A stretch of 64,000 nt of DNA from Fistulifera solaris. Taxonomy: Eukaryota. How positions within the stretch are numbered: position 1 is the first letter of the stretch; each line of letters opens with the position of its first letter. Both the position numbers and the translations under genes were made by a program. The DNA is taken from NCBI GenBank assembly GCA_030295235.1, contig AP026126.1:1488001-1552000 (forward strand), given 5' to 3'. A model generated the notes under the pieces. That model was not told where the DNA came from. It saw only the letters and a program-made list of their open reading frames with translations, and did no database searches. Below are positions 52,496 through 64,000 of the stretch, piece after piece.

Positions 52496-53087
52496 TTCCA
52501 TCCATTATTTCCATTGATAGCCTTTATAAAGTTAAAGCACAGTGAGCTTAAATCCATGCTAATATCATTATATTACAGCTGCATTGTGTTTGTTTCTAGG
52601 GAAGATTCATGCCGTAATGCGTAGTAAAAGTGCCCATAGACTTGCAATCCAGTTGAGTCGTCGCAGCAAGTCGTGCAATGATGAAAAATGGACGGAATTG
52701 AAAAAGGACACCTAGTATTTCTAATCCAACCATAACAATATCAACAAAGTCAATACGAAATGTAAAACACATTCGATATATAAGCAAAATCGATTGACGA
52801 ACTACCGGAGTAGAAAATATGGAGTACCAAATAATGGTGTCGTTGATAAGTTACGGGACTGAAGTCCGATTGAGTCACAGCCAGTGTCGTCTGTACAATT
52901 TACAGGACATTCAATGATTGTTTGATTCTGCAAGGGGAATAGCGAGAGAATGAGAGTGAGAAGGTGCGAATGTTTCGAGAACTCTTTTTCCCGATGACGG
53001 TGAACGCTGCTCTTTCTGCTTGTAGCTGCTGAGCCGAGAAAGAACGCAACAAAATAACTGAAGAGCACACCCAAGTTTGTAAAAACC

Positions 53088-53954
53088 ATGATACGATCTC
53101 GTTCTCCGTTTCGCAGTCTCACACAGCTTTCGAATGGTACAACACACTCAAAGACCTGTGTTATTTCATTTAATCCTGTGATAGCGGTGATAAAGAACGA
53201 AAGCGCGTATATCCTTGTTCCTCCAGACATGCAACCCAACAACAAGACTCTCCTAGTTCGCGCTTGTGACTGCATATCGACAATTGAAGCTTACTGCTCC
53301 GAGGCAACAACCTACTGTCAGGTATCAACGAACACGGCGAACTCTGACATCCACGTAATTTGCATCGAAGAACAGCAATCGTTCTTGCGCTACCTATTTG
53401 CATTCCTCTTTTTCTCGGTCTGTCTCATTCTCATCACATGCATGAGGAGCCCAAAGGGCCACACAATCCTTCGTTTCTGCCGAAGGTGCATGTTGCGCTG
53501 TTGCAAAAGACGACACGATAGTGTACTCGAGAATGATTTACGCTCATTAGAACACGATTACGTGCGCCGCCAAAACGCCGCTATGATTCAACGCCGCGCA
53601 CAAAGATTGCAGCAGCATCGAAGTTATGATCCATGGGGCGATACGGAGGTTCCTCTGACACTTCAAGTTGTACGCGTATCACGAATAGTGACACCAACCA
53701 CAACGCGACAGGTCAGCGCTGTTTTACGAACAAAACGTTACGAAGCAACCGAAGCGGATTATGTTTGCCCCGTATGTTTAATAGAAATCGAAGATGGAGA
53801 TCGTGTTGGTGATCTAGCGTGTGGTCATACTTATCATGTTGATTGTCTCAAAGCATGGCTGAAACGCAAAAATATCTGCCCCCTGTGTAAATTGGAGAAT
53901 TTGGCTGCCGCGCAAGAACCAATTGAAGTTGAGGCGACGACGACTAGCAATTGA
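53088..53954 (+). CDS. Membrane RING-H2 E3 ligase, copy 2 (5' end uncertain)
   Basis: Cys-rich region, TM, CPVCL...LACGHTYHVDCLKAW....NICPLCK. Confidence 0.85.
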   Translation: MIRSRSPFRSLTQLSNGTTHSKTCVISFNPVIAVIKNESAYILVPPDMQPNNKTLLVRACDCISTIEAYCSEATTYCQVSTNTANSDIHVICIEEQQSFLRYLFAFLFFSVCLILITCMRSPKGHTILRFCRRCMLRCCKRRHDSVLENDLRSLEHDYVRRQNAAMIQRRAQRLQQHRSYDPWGDTEVPLTLQVVRVSRIVTPTTTRQVSAVLRTKRYEATEADYVCPVCLIEIEDGDRVGDLACGHTYHVDCLKAWLKRKNICPLCKLENLAAAQEPIEVEATTTSN

Positions 53955-53967
53955 ATACCGAGTTCTT

Positions 53968-54990
53968 TCACGAGGTTGATCTGGAGAACGCAATTGCATC
54001 CGCATCCTTCAAGGCTTTAAGTACTTGGTCGTGAATAGCACCGTTGCTGCAGAGCATGTTCCTTGTTGTCACTTTGTACGGCGAACCGTCGAGATCTGTC
54101 ACGCGACCACCTGCTTCATGAATGATGAGGGCCCCGGCTACCAAGTCCCAGCTGCTCAAGTCGTATCCGAAATGCGCAGTCATGCGCCCAGCCGCGATCC
54201 AAGCGGTTGTTAGAGCACTGCAGGCTATCATACGTAACCCTCGGCATTTACTGTTCAAGGCAAGAACACCTTTCATAGATACTGCAAAGGCGTTCGGGTC
54301 GGACGGACAGCCTGCATTTATGATGGCATCTTTGATATCCGTTGTCGTTTTAGCCACAACCAAAGGAATGTTGTTGTTGAGATAGGCCCCATGGCCACGG
54401 ATAGCACTAAACATTTCATCGGAGTTCGGATCATAAATGACCCCTACAATAGGATCTCCCTTAAAAATGACACTAACTGTAACTCCACACAAGGGAAGCC
54501 CAGCAGCAAAGTTGGCGGTGCCATCGATTGGGTCGCAAATCCATACAAAACCAGAAGGTGTTTCTTGTAGTGCATCCACGAGTGCTTGCTCGCTAGCAGC
54601 CGCACCTGGTGCTACATTTTCTTCCCCCAAAAAGCTGTGTTCGGGAAAAGACTTTCGTATGATATCCTCTACCGCATGTTGAGCCTGTGAATCGTATTGT
54701 GTGACAATATCTTTGATGGTCGTTTTTACCTTAAAATCCGTTGATTCCTTTAGACCACCAACTTCCGAGGAACAACCTAAGTGACTTCGGATTGTCTTTC
54801 CTGCTACCATGGCAGCCTGCTGTGCAACTACCATGATTTCTTGACATTCTTGCAAAGACACGTCTTGTTGCCATGTACTTTTGTCAGCCGCCGACGAAGA
54901 CAACTGGGACGAGCTCCGTAAACGAGTGAGCGGGCGAACCGACAGTCCCTTTGTGATCCCAAGCAGTATAGATGCTAATTTGATGTTCAT
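53968..54990 (-). CDS. Inositol monophosphatase family protein, probably plastid-targeted
   Basis: FLGEE, WICDPIDGTANF, SWDLVAGALIIHEAGG. Confidence 0.92.
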   Translation of the reverse strand: MNIKLASILLGITKGLSVRPLTRLRSSSQLSSSAADKSTWQQDVSLQECQEIMVVAQQAAMVAGKTIRSHLGCSSEVGGLKESTDFKVKTTIKDIVTQYDSQAQHAVEDIIRKSFPEHSFLGEENVAPGAAASEQALVDALQETPSGFVWICDPIDGTANFAAGLPLCGVTVSVIFKGDPIVGVIYDPNSDEMFSAIRGHGAYLNNNIPLVVAKTTTDIKDAIINAGCPSDPNAFAVSMKGVLALNSKCRGLRMIACSALTTAWIAAGRMTAHFGYDLSSWDLVAGALIIHEAGGRVTDLDGSPYKVTTRNMLCSNGAIHDQVLKALKDADAIAFSRSTS

Positions 54991-55105
54991 TTCAGCGGAA
55001 TGGTTCGCTATAAATTTGCTTGTTAGCCCAAACTTTTACGATTACTAATGCTTAACGAGGCATGGGAAACTGTTGCAACAAAATATGTACCAGGTAACTT
55101 TTAAC

Positions 55106-55176
55106 TTCCAGAAATTCTGGATATGGTGTATTTCATCATACAGAAGTTCTGGGTAACCTCCAGAAAATCTTCTGGA
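55106..55176. repeat. Short second copy of the CAGAAATTCTG palindrome element
   Basis: TTCCAGAAATTCTGGA (core 55109), CATACAGAAGTTCTG (55141), TCCAGAAAATCTTCTGGA (55161). Confidence 0.8.
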
Positions 55177-55431
55177 TTAATTTGCGGTTTGCGGGAAAGG
55201 CGATGAGGATGAGGGATGATAGGGAATTTCAACAAGGTTACTGGTACGCAGCTAAAGAAAAGCTTTCCGATTTCGTGACGTGGCACAGATGGCAGATGGC
55301 GCGAGAGGATGGTGTGAACACCGCCGAACCGTCGAAAGGTTGTGTTTCTCTCAAACATTATATTCCATTAACATGAAGATCATCTCACACATATCTTTTG
55401 ACATCGTGCTGGCATAGTAAAATCAATAATA

Positions 55432-55980
55432 ATGACAGCAAGATCCAGATTCTCTTTTACCACGACATTTCTCGTGCTTTTCTACTGCTTTTTGGTGTGT
55501 TCTCAAGCAGAAGCTTTTCGATCGTCGGATCAACTCTCCACCGCGTCTTCTTCTCCCAGATCCTTCTCTTCCTCAACCGAATTGCATCTTTTTGGTGTGC
55601 TAAAAGATGCCAAGAAGGCTTTAGTCAGAAAACTAGCAGGCAAATATGACTCAGAGGCAGTGCGAGCTCGCATCGACAATCTCATCAAAACAAACGACGT
55701 GCTGATGCTTTCATTTACAACGTGCCCCTACTGTATCAAAGCCAAGCAAGTGCTGGATGCCAAATCTGCAAATTACACCGTGGTTGAGCTGAATGAAGAT
55801 CCTGCCGGTACGGCCATACGTGCAGAGCTATTTGATCTCGTAGGTCGATCATCGGTCCCCGCAATCTGGATTGGTGGCGAGTTTATTGGAGGATGCAACG
55901 ATGGGCCTATGGGCGGTATAGTTCAGTTACAGGAGCAAGGAAAACTAGATGTCATGCTAAAGAATGTGGGAGCGATTTAA
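55432..55980 (+). CDS. Plastid-targeted dithiol glutaredoxin (CPYC)
   Basis: Signal ending AEA-FR; CPYC, SVPAIWIGGEFIGGC. Confidence 0.92.
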   Translation: MTARSRFSFTTTFLVLFYCFLVCSQAEAFRSSDQLSTASSSPRSFSSSTELHLFGVLKDAKKALVRKLAGKYDSEAVRARIDNLIKTNDVLMLSFTTCPYCIKAKQVLDAKSANYTVVELNEDPAGTAIRAELFDLVGRSSVPAIWIGGEFIGGCNDGPMGGIVQLQEQGKLDVMLKNVGAI

Positions 55981-56851
55981 ATTCGCATTGTCGCATTTGT
56001 TATCATTGTTAAGTGAGTTGAGAGATAGTTCCGATTCGACTGATTTGACGCACGATAACAATTTCACGCGTTTAAAAATAATCTGACTTTTGACATATGT
56101 TATCAGGTAAGAAATAGCAATTTTTAGGCCTTTGTCGGTCTAGTTGTGTCGTGGGCGGCAGTGTTGAATATTCCGCAGTAGTTTACCTTTGTCCTTTGCT
56201 TTGGACCTTCAAACCCCGACAATCAGATTTACTATAGCCTCAAGTGTAAGCATCGTGATTTTTAATTGATTATTTTGGGCATATAGCACAAGTTGCTACC
56301 TTTTTGCTTCACTTAGCATTTTGCTGTATCTGTGGATTGAATTGTTATCATCACCTTCATTTGCATCTGTTCATTAGCTTTTTCGGCCGACACTGGTTTT
56401 CAGGATCAAGGCATTGATGGTTTTACTCTCTCCCAAAATGTAGGTTTATGCAATGCCGACTGACTCGAAGTCAGTCATGAGTCGTCATCGATTGTTCTCA
56501 GCTTGCATAACATGTTGCTGCGTTTTTTCTTTTTCATTGGCATCCATGATTTTTTCAGAACTAAAATTATCATGAGCTGCACTTGCAATTCATATTATTT
56601 CTATTACAAACACTAGTTTTGAAGCGTGAAGAGTTACGCATATCACTAGTGGGTCAGTCCTTACGCCATGACTATGACCTTAATCGAGCTTTTGTTTAAG
56701 TCTGACATTGAACCGTCGGACTTCTGCAGAGCCAATCGAGATCGAAGCGTTCGCAGCAAATTTTCGCTCCATCGTCATTTGCCGTTTTGTGAAGAAAAAC
56801 ACTGTCGTCGACCTTGTCATAAGCTGTATAGGACGTAGCATTTTATTTACC

Positions 56852-58515
56852 ATGACTTCGTCCGATAATAAAGCCAAGCCAGTAAATCTATTTGACTACA
56901 GCGAAGAAGAACTGTTGCAACACAATGCTCTAACTCATTACGAAATATTAAATGTTCCCGTCTTTGCAACGACCGACGACGTCAAAAGGCGTACCGCAAA
57001 TCTTCTCTCAAGTATCACCCTGACAAAACTGGACGTGGTGAAGATGATTACGTCTTCTTGGCAGTCAAAGCTGCGTACGATACACTGACAGACTCAGCGA
57101 AACGGCAAGCATACGATAGCACTGTCATGCCGTTCGACGATGAAATTCCGCCACCTCGTTCTCAACTGCTACAAGACCCTCTTCTTTTATACCAAGATGA
57201 GGACTTTTATGATTTATTCGGACCAGTATTTGAAAGAAACTTGAGATTCGATGCACGTCTTCGACCGGAAAATCACAAAAAGAACAAAAACAACAGTAAT
57301 CTACAGAAGACCTCGGCCTCCAAGGCACCGACGCTCGGTGACGCTAATACTCCAATCGAAGAAGTTCATGCCTTCTACGAGTACTGGGTGCATTTTGAAT
57401 CATGGCGGGATTACTCACAGACGGCTGCCGATGAGCTGGAAATTGATCAAGAAAACGCCGAGAGTCGCTACGAGAAAAGATGGCTACAAAAAGAAATTGA
57501 TCGACGGGCCAAACAGTTGAAAAGACAGGAAATGGCACGCATTCAGCTTCTTGTAGAACGTGCCTCGGAAGCAGATCCGCGACTTCGAAAAGAACGGCTG
57601 GAAAGACAGCAAGCTAAAGTAGAAGCAGCGAAACAGCGTGAGTTGGAAGCAGAAAGAAGAAAGCAGGAGCTAATAGAAGCAGAGAAAAGAGAAGAAGAAC
57701 GCTTAGAGCAAGAAAAACAGCAGAAAGTGGCAGAAAAGATGGCTAGGGAACAGGAGAAGAAGATGATACGAAAAGAGCGTCAGCAATTGCGCCGGATGAC
57801 ATCGTCGTCTTTTGAAAGCGTCAAAGACAAAGCGAACGAATTGCCTTGGAAAGATTTGTATGACATGAGCGTCGATGTTGATTTTTTGTGTGCTTCTTTA
57901 AGTTTCACTCAGTTAAAAGAGATCAATACGAAGTACGAGTCACATGAAGATCATGCAAAAGCATTGCAGTTTGTACAGGAGAAGGTCAAAAGGGTCAAAG
58001 AGGGGGAAGAATGCGGTAACGCTGACCAATCAACAGAATCGAATGGCGGAATTACAGCAGGCATGAGCAACAACGGCAACAAATGTTCTGCAACATCAAA
58101 TCTGTGGTCACAAGAGGAGATGTCAGCTCTGGCGAAGGGCATAAAAAAGTTTCCCGCTGGCGGTGCAAACCGATGGGACCAAATTGCTAACTATGTAAAC
58201 AATCTTTGCCGGCAGGATGTACCGCGGACCAGACAGGAATGCATTGACAAGTACAATGCTTTAGCACGCGAGACCAAAAATACGGACTCAACGACAGTAG
58301 AGGAGCCGAAAAACGGAGCAGACAATGGCGATGAGAACAGCGAGTGGACTGCAGAACAAGACCAACAGCTACAAGACGGGCTTACAAAGTTTCCTGCGAC
58401 AATGGACAAAAATGAGCGATGGGCCAGTATCGCTAAGGGCGTAACCGGAAAATCGAAGAAAGACTGCGTGCAGCGATTTAAGGCGATTCGTGAAGCGCTC
58501 AAAAATCGAAAGTGA
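56852..58515 (+). CDS. DNAJC2: Zuotin/MPP11 J-protein with two SANT domains
   Basis: THYEIL; YHPDK restored by adding one A to the A run at ~56985; FYEYWVHFESWRDY, AESRYEKRW, two SANT repeats. Confidence 0.92.
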
Positions 58516-58564
58516 TATATTATGGTCCATAAGTCCATAAGGCTCGTCATTTAGCAATGTAAAT

Positions 58565-59845
58565 TTAGGCATCGTCTGTCTCCTGCGACTGCAGATCTGC
58601 CTTGTATCTCAGATACGCGCCAATACATTCCTCGAGTATTTCACCGTCTAGGAAGGCTTGAGTGTTCGTAGTTTCCCACCCTGTTCTCTGATCTTTTACC
58701 ATTTTGTATGGATGCAGCACATAGTTTCGTATTTGTGCACCCCACGATGCTTCTACTATGTCCCCGCGAATTTCATTGATCTCTTTAACACGCTGCTCCT
58801 GTGCCACCGCAAGTAATTGCACCTTTAAACGCTTCATTGCGATTTCACGGTTAGCCGACTGACTTCGCTCTTGCGTGCATTTCACTTGGAGACCAGTTGG
58901 GATGTGTCGGATGCGCACAGCGGATTCTACTTTGTTAACGTTTTGGCCACCTTTTCCTCCAGACCTCATGGTCGTTATTTCTAAATCAGAATCTGGAATT
59001 TGGATATCGTTCAGCACAATGTCGCTGTCAAGTAAATCTGCGGGCGCAACATCAACTCCCGCAAAAGTAGTTTGGCGCTTATTGTTAGCATTAAAAGGGC
59101 TGAGGCGTACTAGCCGATGTGCACCCTTCTCTCCCTGAAACCAACCAAATGCATTCGGTCCAGTGACAAGCATTTCCACGCTCTTATATCCGACAACTTC
59201 ACCAGCTTGTTCGTCTTCTACGATGCATTGAAATCCCATTTTCGCGCAGTGTCGTTCATACATGCGTTTTAGATCTTTTACCCAATCGTTGGCTTCCGTA
59301 CCACCAGCACCTGCTGTTAAGAGTATTCGTGCTGGAGCTTGATCGTAAGGGCCCGAAAGCAATAGTTCTAGTTCATAGTTCTCACTATCGGTCCGTAAAT
59401 TTATGGTCTGTTCCTCCAGTTCTTGTAGCAACAGTTCTCGTTCGTCTGACGATAGGGAATCGTCTTGTAGAAATTCAAGAGCCGCTCGGCAATCTCCACT
59501 CCATTTCTTCCAGTTTTCCATACGTTGCAAGAGTCTCGTATATGTAGATAGTTGTTGTGTGACCACCGACGTTCGCTGGTTGGCGGCATCCCAGAACTTC
59601 GGATTTGCCTGCTCTCGTTCTAAATCGTCGATGCGACTTTGCAGTTGAGATGTTGTCATGCCGGTTGATTTTAAATTCTTTTCATAGCAAGCGATTGCGT
59701 CTTCAGCTTCTTTTCTTAAGATGACAAAGTCAATTTGTCGCGTTGCAGAAAGGAAAGCAACTCTATTGGATACGAACGCGTTTCGAAAGGGAACAAAAGC
59801 TCGAGCCAAGGATAGGTAGTTTGTGATCATTATCAGTGCGCGCAT
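58565..59845 (-). CDS. prfB: Plastid peptide chain release factor 2
   Basis: Presequence [21 protein letters not shown] (SPF), [16 protein letters not shown]. Confidence 0.93.
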   Translation of the reverse strand: MRALIMITNYLSLARAFVPFRNAFVSNRVAFLSATRQIDFVILRKEAEDAIACYEKNLKSTGMTTSQLQSRIDDLEREQANPKFWDAANQRTSVVTQQLSTYTRLLQRMENWKKWSGDCRAALEFLQDDSLSSDERELLLQELEEQTINLRTDSENYELELLLSGPYDQAPARILLTAGAGGTEANDWVKDLKRMYERHCAKMGFQCIVEDEQAGEVVGYKSVEMLVTGPNAFGWFQGEKGAHRLVRLSPFNANNKRQTTFAGVDVAPADLLDSDIVLNDIQIPDSDLEITTMRSGGKGGQNVNKVESAVRIRHIPTGLQVKCTQERSQSANREIAMKRLKVQLLAVAQEQRVKEINEIRGDIVEASWGAQIRNYVLHPYKMVKDQRTGWETTNTQAFLDGEILEECIGAYLRYKADLQSQETDDA

Positions 59846-60559
59846 CGTTTTGTTACGAAGTATTGATTCTTTGGTTACTATATCATCGAAGAACACAATC
59901 GATGATAAAGGAGATAGAAAGTTTAAAGGCACTTGCTACCCTTGTACAACGACAATACAATCAAGGAAATGGCGAAAAGTGTAAGGATCTCCCCGCCGTT
60001 TTTTTGACGGACGAGGACAGAAATTGTTTATGTACATTCCCTAACCCCTATTCCCTATACCCTAAGTGCGTCGGTAGCGTAATGTACACCAGCAGCTCAC
60101 TTATTTTCAAACCATTTCTAGTCTCTTGCAGGCAAGTAAACAAAAGATCGAGACTAGAGACTACACAGGTCAAAAAGAAAGAAGACTTTTGAAACCGATT
60201 CTAATTCAATATCATTGCAATCCCATTTGGCTAGTAAACATTTGCGTGTTACGATTCGCTATAAAAAAGTCTTTCAAGGGCACAATAAACCAATCCAGCA
60301 GCTCATTCGGGCTAAGAGTGATGCGAGGTCGAGTCAAAGATGTATGGCTGATCGCGCTTTTCCTCCTATTAGTACGATGAAACTACTGGAAAGGGAAAGT
60401 CACAGTCCCGCAGTTTGAATCGATCTTACCTGTCATTGACTAAAAAAGTAGTGATGGCTCTTTATAGAGAGTTGAGGAGCAACGTTAAGGAAGCTTCACC
60501 CTTCGTTCAAGCATCCTCCACTGTACCGAGACAATGAAACGACACCACTCTTTCATTGA

Positions 60560-61456
60560 TTAGAAGGACAATTCTGACTCAATAGCTGACCACAATTCGT
60601 CCAGACCAGCCCCATGCTTAGCACTCGTCACATACACGAAAGGACTCTGCGAGAGTGTGTCGTCAATCTGCTGTCGATGATGATAACGCATACAGATCTG
60701 GTTCACGTGTTTGATGATATCCGCCATACGCCTGGCACCATCTGACTTTGTAAGAACAATCGTGAAGGCTATTTCCGCTTCTTCCAACCAGCCCTGCACT
60801 GTTTGGTCGAATGCTTGAGGTCCGACACGTGCATCCTGCAGCAAGAACAAGCGTGTCAATGGTGCTCGCAGAAGAAATTGTTGCGTACGACGCTGCCATT
60901 CTTCCACTGCCTCATCCGGTCCCACTGCATAACCATATCCAGGCAAGTCAACGAAATAAGCATGTACTCGTTCCATACAATCGTGCGTATTTTCCGAGGC
61001 AACCCATCCGTAATAATGCACTTTTTGTGTCCGACCCGGTTGTTTACTAGTCACTGCTAGTGATTGGTTCATAAGAGCGTTCAAGAGGCTCGACTTTCCG
61101 ACATTCGATCTTCCCAAAAAAGCAAATCGAGGAGTTGTATCTTCTGGGGAAGGATGCTGCTGGCCTCCAAACTCTGCCGGATCCATTCGTTTGAATTGCC
61201 GATGCCGATGAACTGCAGTAGAAAACGATTCCAGGTCATAGTCGCCAGTTTCTGCTGCCACTTTTGCTACAAACACGTGGGGCGAAGCTGTTGGGAGCAA
61301 CAATGCCGGCGGAATGATCTGATTTCCTTGATCATCCGTTACTGGCTTTATCTTTCTGGGCTTGGGTGGTTTACCCTTCTTCGTTGACAAAGACGCACGA
61401 GAAAAACGGTACAAGCGCCCTGAGAGACGACCGACCAGTACTTGTGTAAAGGGCAT
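60560..61456 (-). CDS. engB: EngB/YihA GTPase, organellar
   Basis: GRSNVGKSSLLN, PGRT, DLPGYG, TKSD, TSAK. Confidence 0.9.
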   Translation of the reverse strand: MPFTQVLVGRLSGRLYRFSRASLSTKKGKPPKPRKIKPVTDDQGNQIIPPALLLPTASPHVFVAKVAAETGDYDLESFSTAVHRHRQFKRMDPAEFGGQQHPSPEDTTPRFAFLGRSNVGKSSLLNALMNQSLAVTSKQPGRTQKVHYYGWVASENTHDCMERVHAYFVDLPGYGYAVGPDEAVEEWQRRTQQFLLRAPLTRLFLLQDARVGPQAFDQTVQGWLEEAEIAFTIVLTKSDGARRMADIIKHVNQICMRYHHRQQIDDTLSQSPFVYVTSAKHGAGLDELWSAIESELSF

Positions 61457-61844
61457 TCTTTGATGTTTCTTACAAAATCGCAGTAAGAGAAAATCGAATT
61501 GCCGCCGCCATCGTCGATCTCTTGTTTTCGCCTCCTTTTGTGACCCGGGACTGGGAAAATCGGCGCACAACTCATAACCCTCTGTCGACAGTCGACCTGT
61601 TTTACACCATAGTGCAGGTTCAGTTATCGGTACCGGTACTTGTACTTCATTCTATACTAAAACTCTTCAGATGACATCATAGTCATGACCGGACTGATGC
61701 CATGCGTCAGCTTTTTCAATTTTTTTTTAACCAACGCAGCAAGCCATGGCAAAATGGCGAAAAGTGCAATGTGATTGACAGCTTTTTTTACAAGCAATCA
61801 ACATCTAGATCACGTCGTAGGAAGAACAACAGATCACTATCAAG

Positions 61845-62327
61845 ATGAAGACAATCTGGTCTTTACTGTGCCTTTTGGCGACCATTTTCGTTTGCCAAAC
61901 AAACGCGTTCGTTTCTCGAGCTTCCGTTATTTCCAGACCGTCAACCCCCGTCAGTTCAGTTGTTTTGCAAGAACGGCGCTGGAATTTCAATGATGGTCAG
62001 AGTCCGTGGGGAATGAAGAAAAATGCTGAAATCTGGAATGGGCGATTCGCTCAGGTGAGTTTGCTTCGTGCTCTAATTCAAATATAATCCGAAGTCGACC
62101 GTTTAACGTTTCTTTATTCCTTCGACGATTTGTCTATTTTCTTTCAGATGGCTTTCGTTATCGTTTTCCTTCAAGAACTCGTACAGGGTAAAGGAGTATT
62201 TGAGGGACTTGCCCAAGGCGACCCCGTGAACTTTGCTGTTTTGGGAATCTTTGGTTTTTCTCTAGTAGGCCTGACCGCGTGGCTGGCGATTCAAGGTGAT
62301 GATGATTTCGTTGCTCGGGAAATGTAA
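61845..62327 (+). CDS. HLIP/OHP-like LHC-superfamily protein
   Basis: Presequence TNA-FV; intron 62055-62147 gives AEIWNGRFAQMAFVIVFLQELVQGKGV (ExxNGRxAM-like chlorophyll-binding helix). Confidence 0.9.
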
Positions 62328-63371
62328 CTGGGCACGCTATATATACTTGAATCAGTTACTTAAACCATGCATTGAATATTGCTGAAGCTACTGTAACTAT
62401 ACAATGCCTATCGATTAAGTACGACTAATAACTGTCACAAGTTTGAATCCGTTCAATTTCCAGCCACCCTTCCCTCCTTGCAACTTGGTATCTCCTTGTC
62501 ATGAAAAGATTATCTTTTCCGTTTCATCATAGAACCTAATTTTTGAGTTTACATGCTAAGTGGGGGTTGCCGTGACGCTCTATTGCTTGTCCTTGCGTGC
62601 GCTCCGTCGTCCCAATCAACAATTCTTTGTTCGGGTCGTTTGGAAAACTCAGCGGTTACTGAGATTGGTGGGCGTCACCAGAATTTTTTACTCGATCATT
62701 GAACACATCCACAAAAAGATGCAGCTTGATGCTCATCATTTGCCATGCCGGAAGCACACGTTAAGCGAGATGACGACAATGCTCTGTCAAAGTGGCCATC
62801 AATCCAAACTAGACTGTCATTTAGTAAAAGCTTTGAGGTTCGTTTTGTTTCTGCAATCTAGGTTTGCCAAAACTTCTGACGTGAAGCCGTGGGATCTCGA
62901 CCTTCGAGCTTGATCTCGAACATTCAACTTTAAGGTTTCACTTAATCCGAAAAAGAACATTTTTACCTCCAACTCCCACTACCATTGCAAGGAACGGAAT
63001 CCGGCTTCCAAGGCGATTACTCCGTATTAGTAACGTTACCCTCAGGGCTCATCAAGGCTCTAGACTCGAGAATTAAGGCAAAAATCAGCGGGAGATACGG
63101 ACCCAGTAAATCATTTTATAGTTTAAAAACAAACTTTTCGTGTTTTGCTTTCCATACCCCTTCGTCTTTGGGCTCTAGCTAGACCTAGTACCAGGTAGAC
63201 AACTAGACAATCATTACCCCTGAGCCCTGAGTCATGATGAGGAGTGGTCATGAGTCATGAGTTATGAGCAATCATAGTCATAGCTGGTCTCGGGTCATCA
63301 GTCTTCAGTCATCAGTCATCATTCATCATTGCTTTTCTGCTAAGTTACCTGGTATAAGTTTTTTAATCGTC

Positions 63372-63407
63372 AGAATCTAATCTTGACATTCGACTGAATT
63401 TTCCATT
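63372..63407. repeat. 36-bp dispersed element, copy 2
   Basis: 34/36 identical to 18091-18126. Confidence 0.85.
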
Positions 63408-64000
63408 TTTCATTCACATATATTTCAGTCTGACACTTCTCTGAGTAAGCTTTGGTTTTAACTCTCTAGCCTTAGTGCGCTAGAAGAGGGCCAGTCCAGA
63501 GCCCGTTTCCCAATGAGGGGGGTTCCGTTGCTTTTGCTATTATTTACTATTTGTGACTTGTGTGTTTTCCGTTTCGATGTTTCTTTTCGATGACAAGAGA
63601 TGACCATTGACAATTGACAATTGACAATGACTTGATGGCCTATACCAGATACCAGAAACAGAAACGGAGTACTAGGTAGCAGGTAGCGTAATGATCACTC
63701 TATATACCTGGTGCCTACAAAACAATATAAAGTAGTTATTCTTAGTACTTTGTAAATTGGACATTGGACACAGGACAAAGTAGTTAATTGTTAATTCGAT
63801 CTGGGGCAAAGGCCCAAGCGGAAACATTGGTCATTACTACTCCTCTTTATTATGGTAGTGTACCGCGGAGGAAGGAGAATTTATTATTATTTATTGTTAT
63901 TTACCAGGTAATACTTATTACAATTACTAATTACTTATTTCCAGGTACCCAACGAGAATATCGAAACGCGAAACGGGAAAGCAAGGCGAGAGAGGAACGA

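Noticed and set aside
58565..59932. Programmed frameshift in prfB
   Set aside because: The ORF is continuous and no CTTTGA-type shift is needed.

Overview
Gene-dense eukaryotic nuclear DNA, most likely from a pennate diatom. Evidence: short GT-AG introns, bipartite signal+ASAF-like plastid presequences, thylakoid-type bestrophin, class II FBA, HLIP/OHP and a signal-peptide double-SET protein. About 31 protein genes are supported, including Elongin C, a MAPKK, PEX1, CENP-O-like, spastin-like, CSN1, two tandem P2B Ca-ATPases flanking a bacterial-type DHFR/RibD-C gene, FBA II, CcdA, a pseudo-trypsin, MetRS, two membrane RING-H2 ligases, DNAJC2, RF2 and EngB. Many genes carry single-base frameshifts, several demonstrably in homopolymers; these look like long-read errors, not pseudogenes. 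The most unusual features are non-coding: an array of alternating CAGAAATTCTG palindromes with fixed spacing (17.9-18.4 kb, short second copy at 55.1 kb), a 36-bp and a 56-bp two-hairpin dispersed repeat, and an enriched intergenic TACCWGGTA palindrome. No CRISPR, rRNA, tRNA or transposase was recognised. All calls were made by eye, without database searches.
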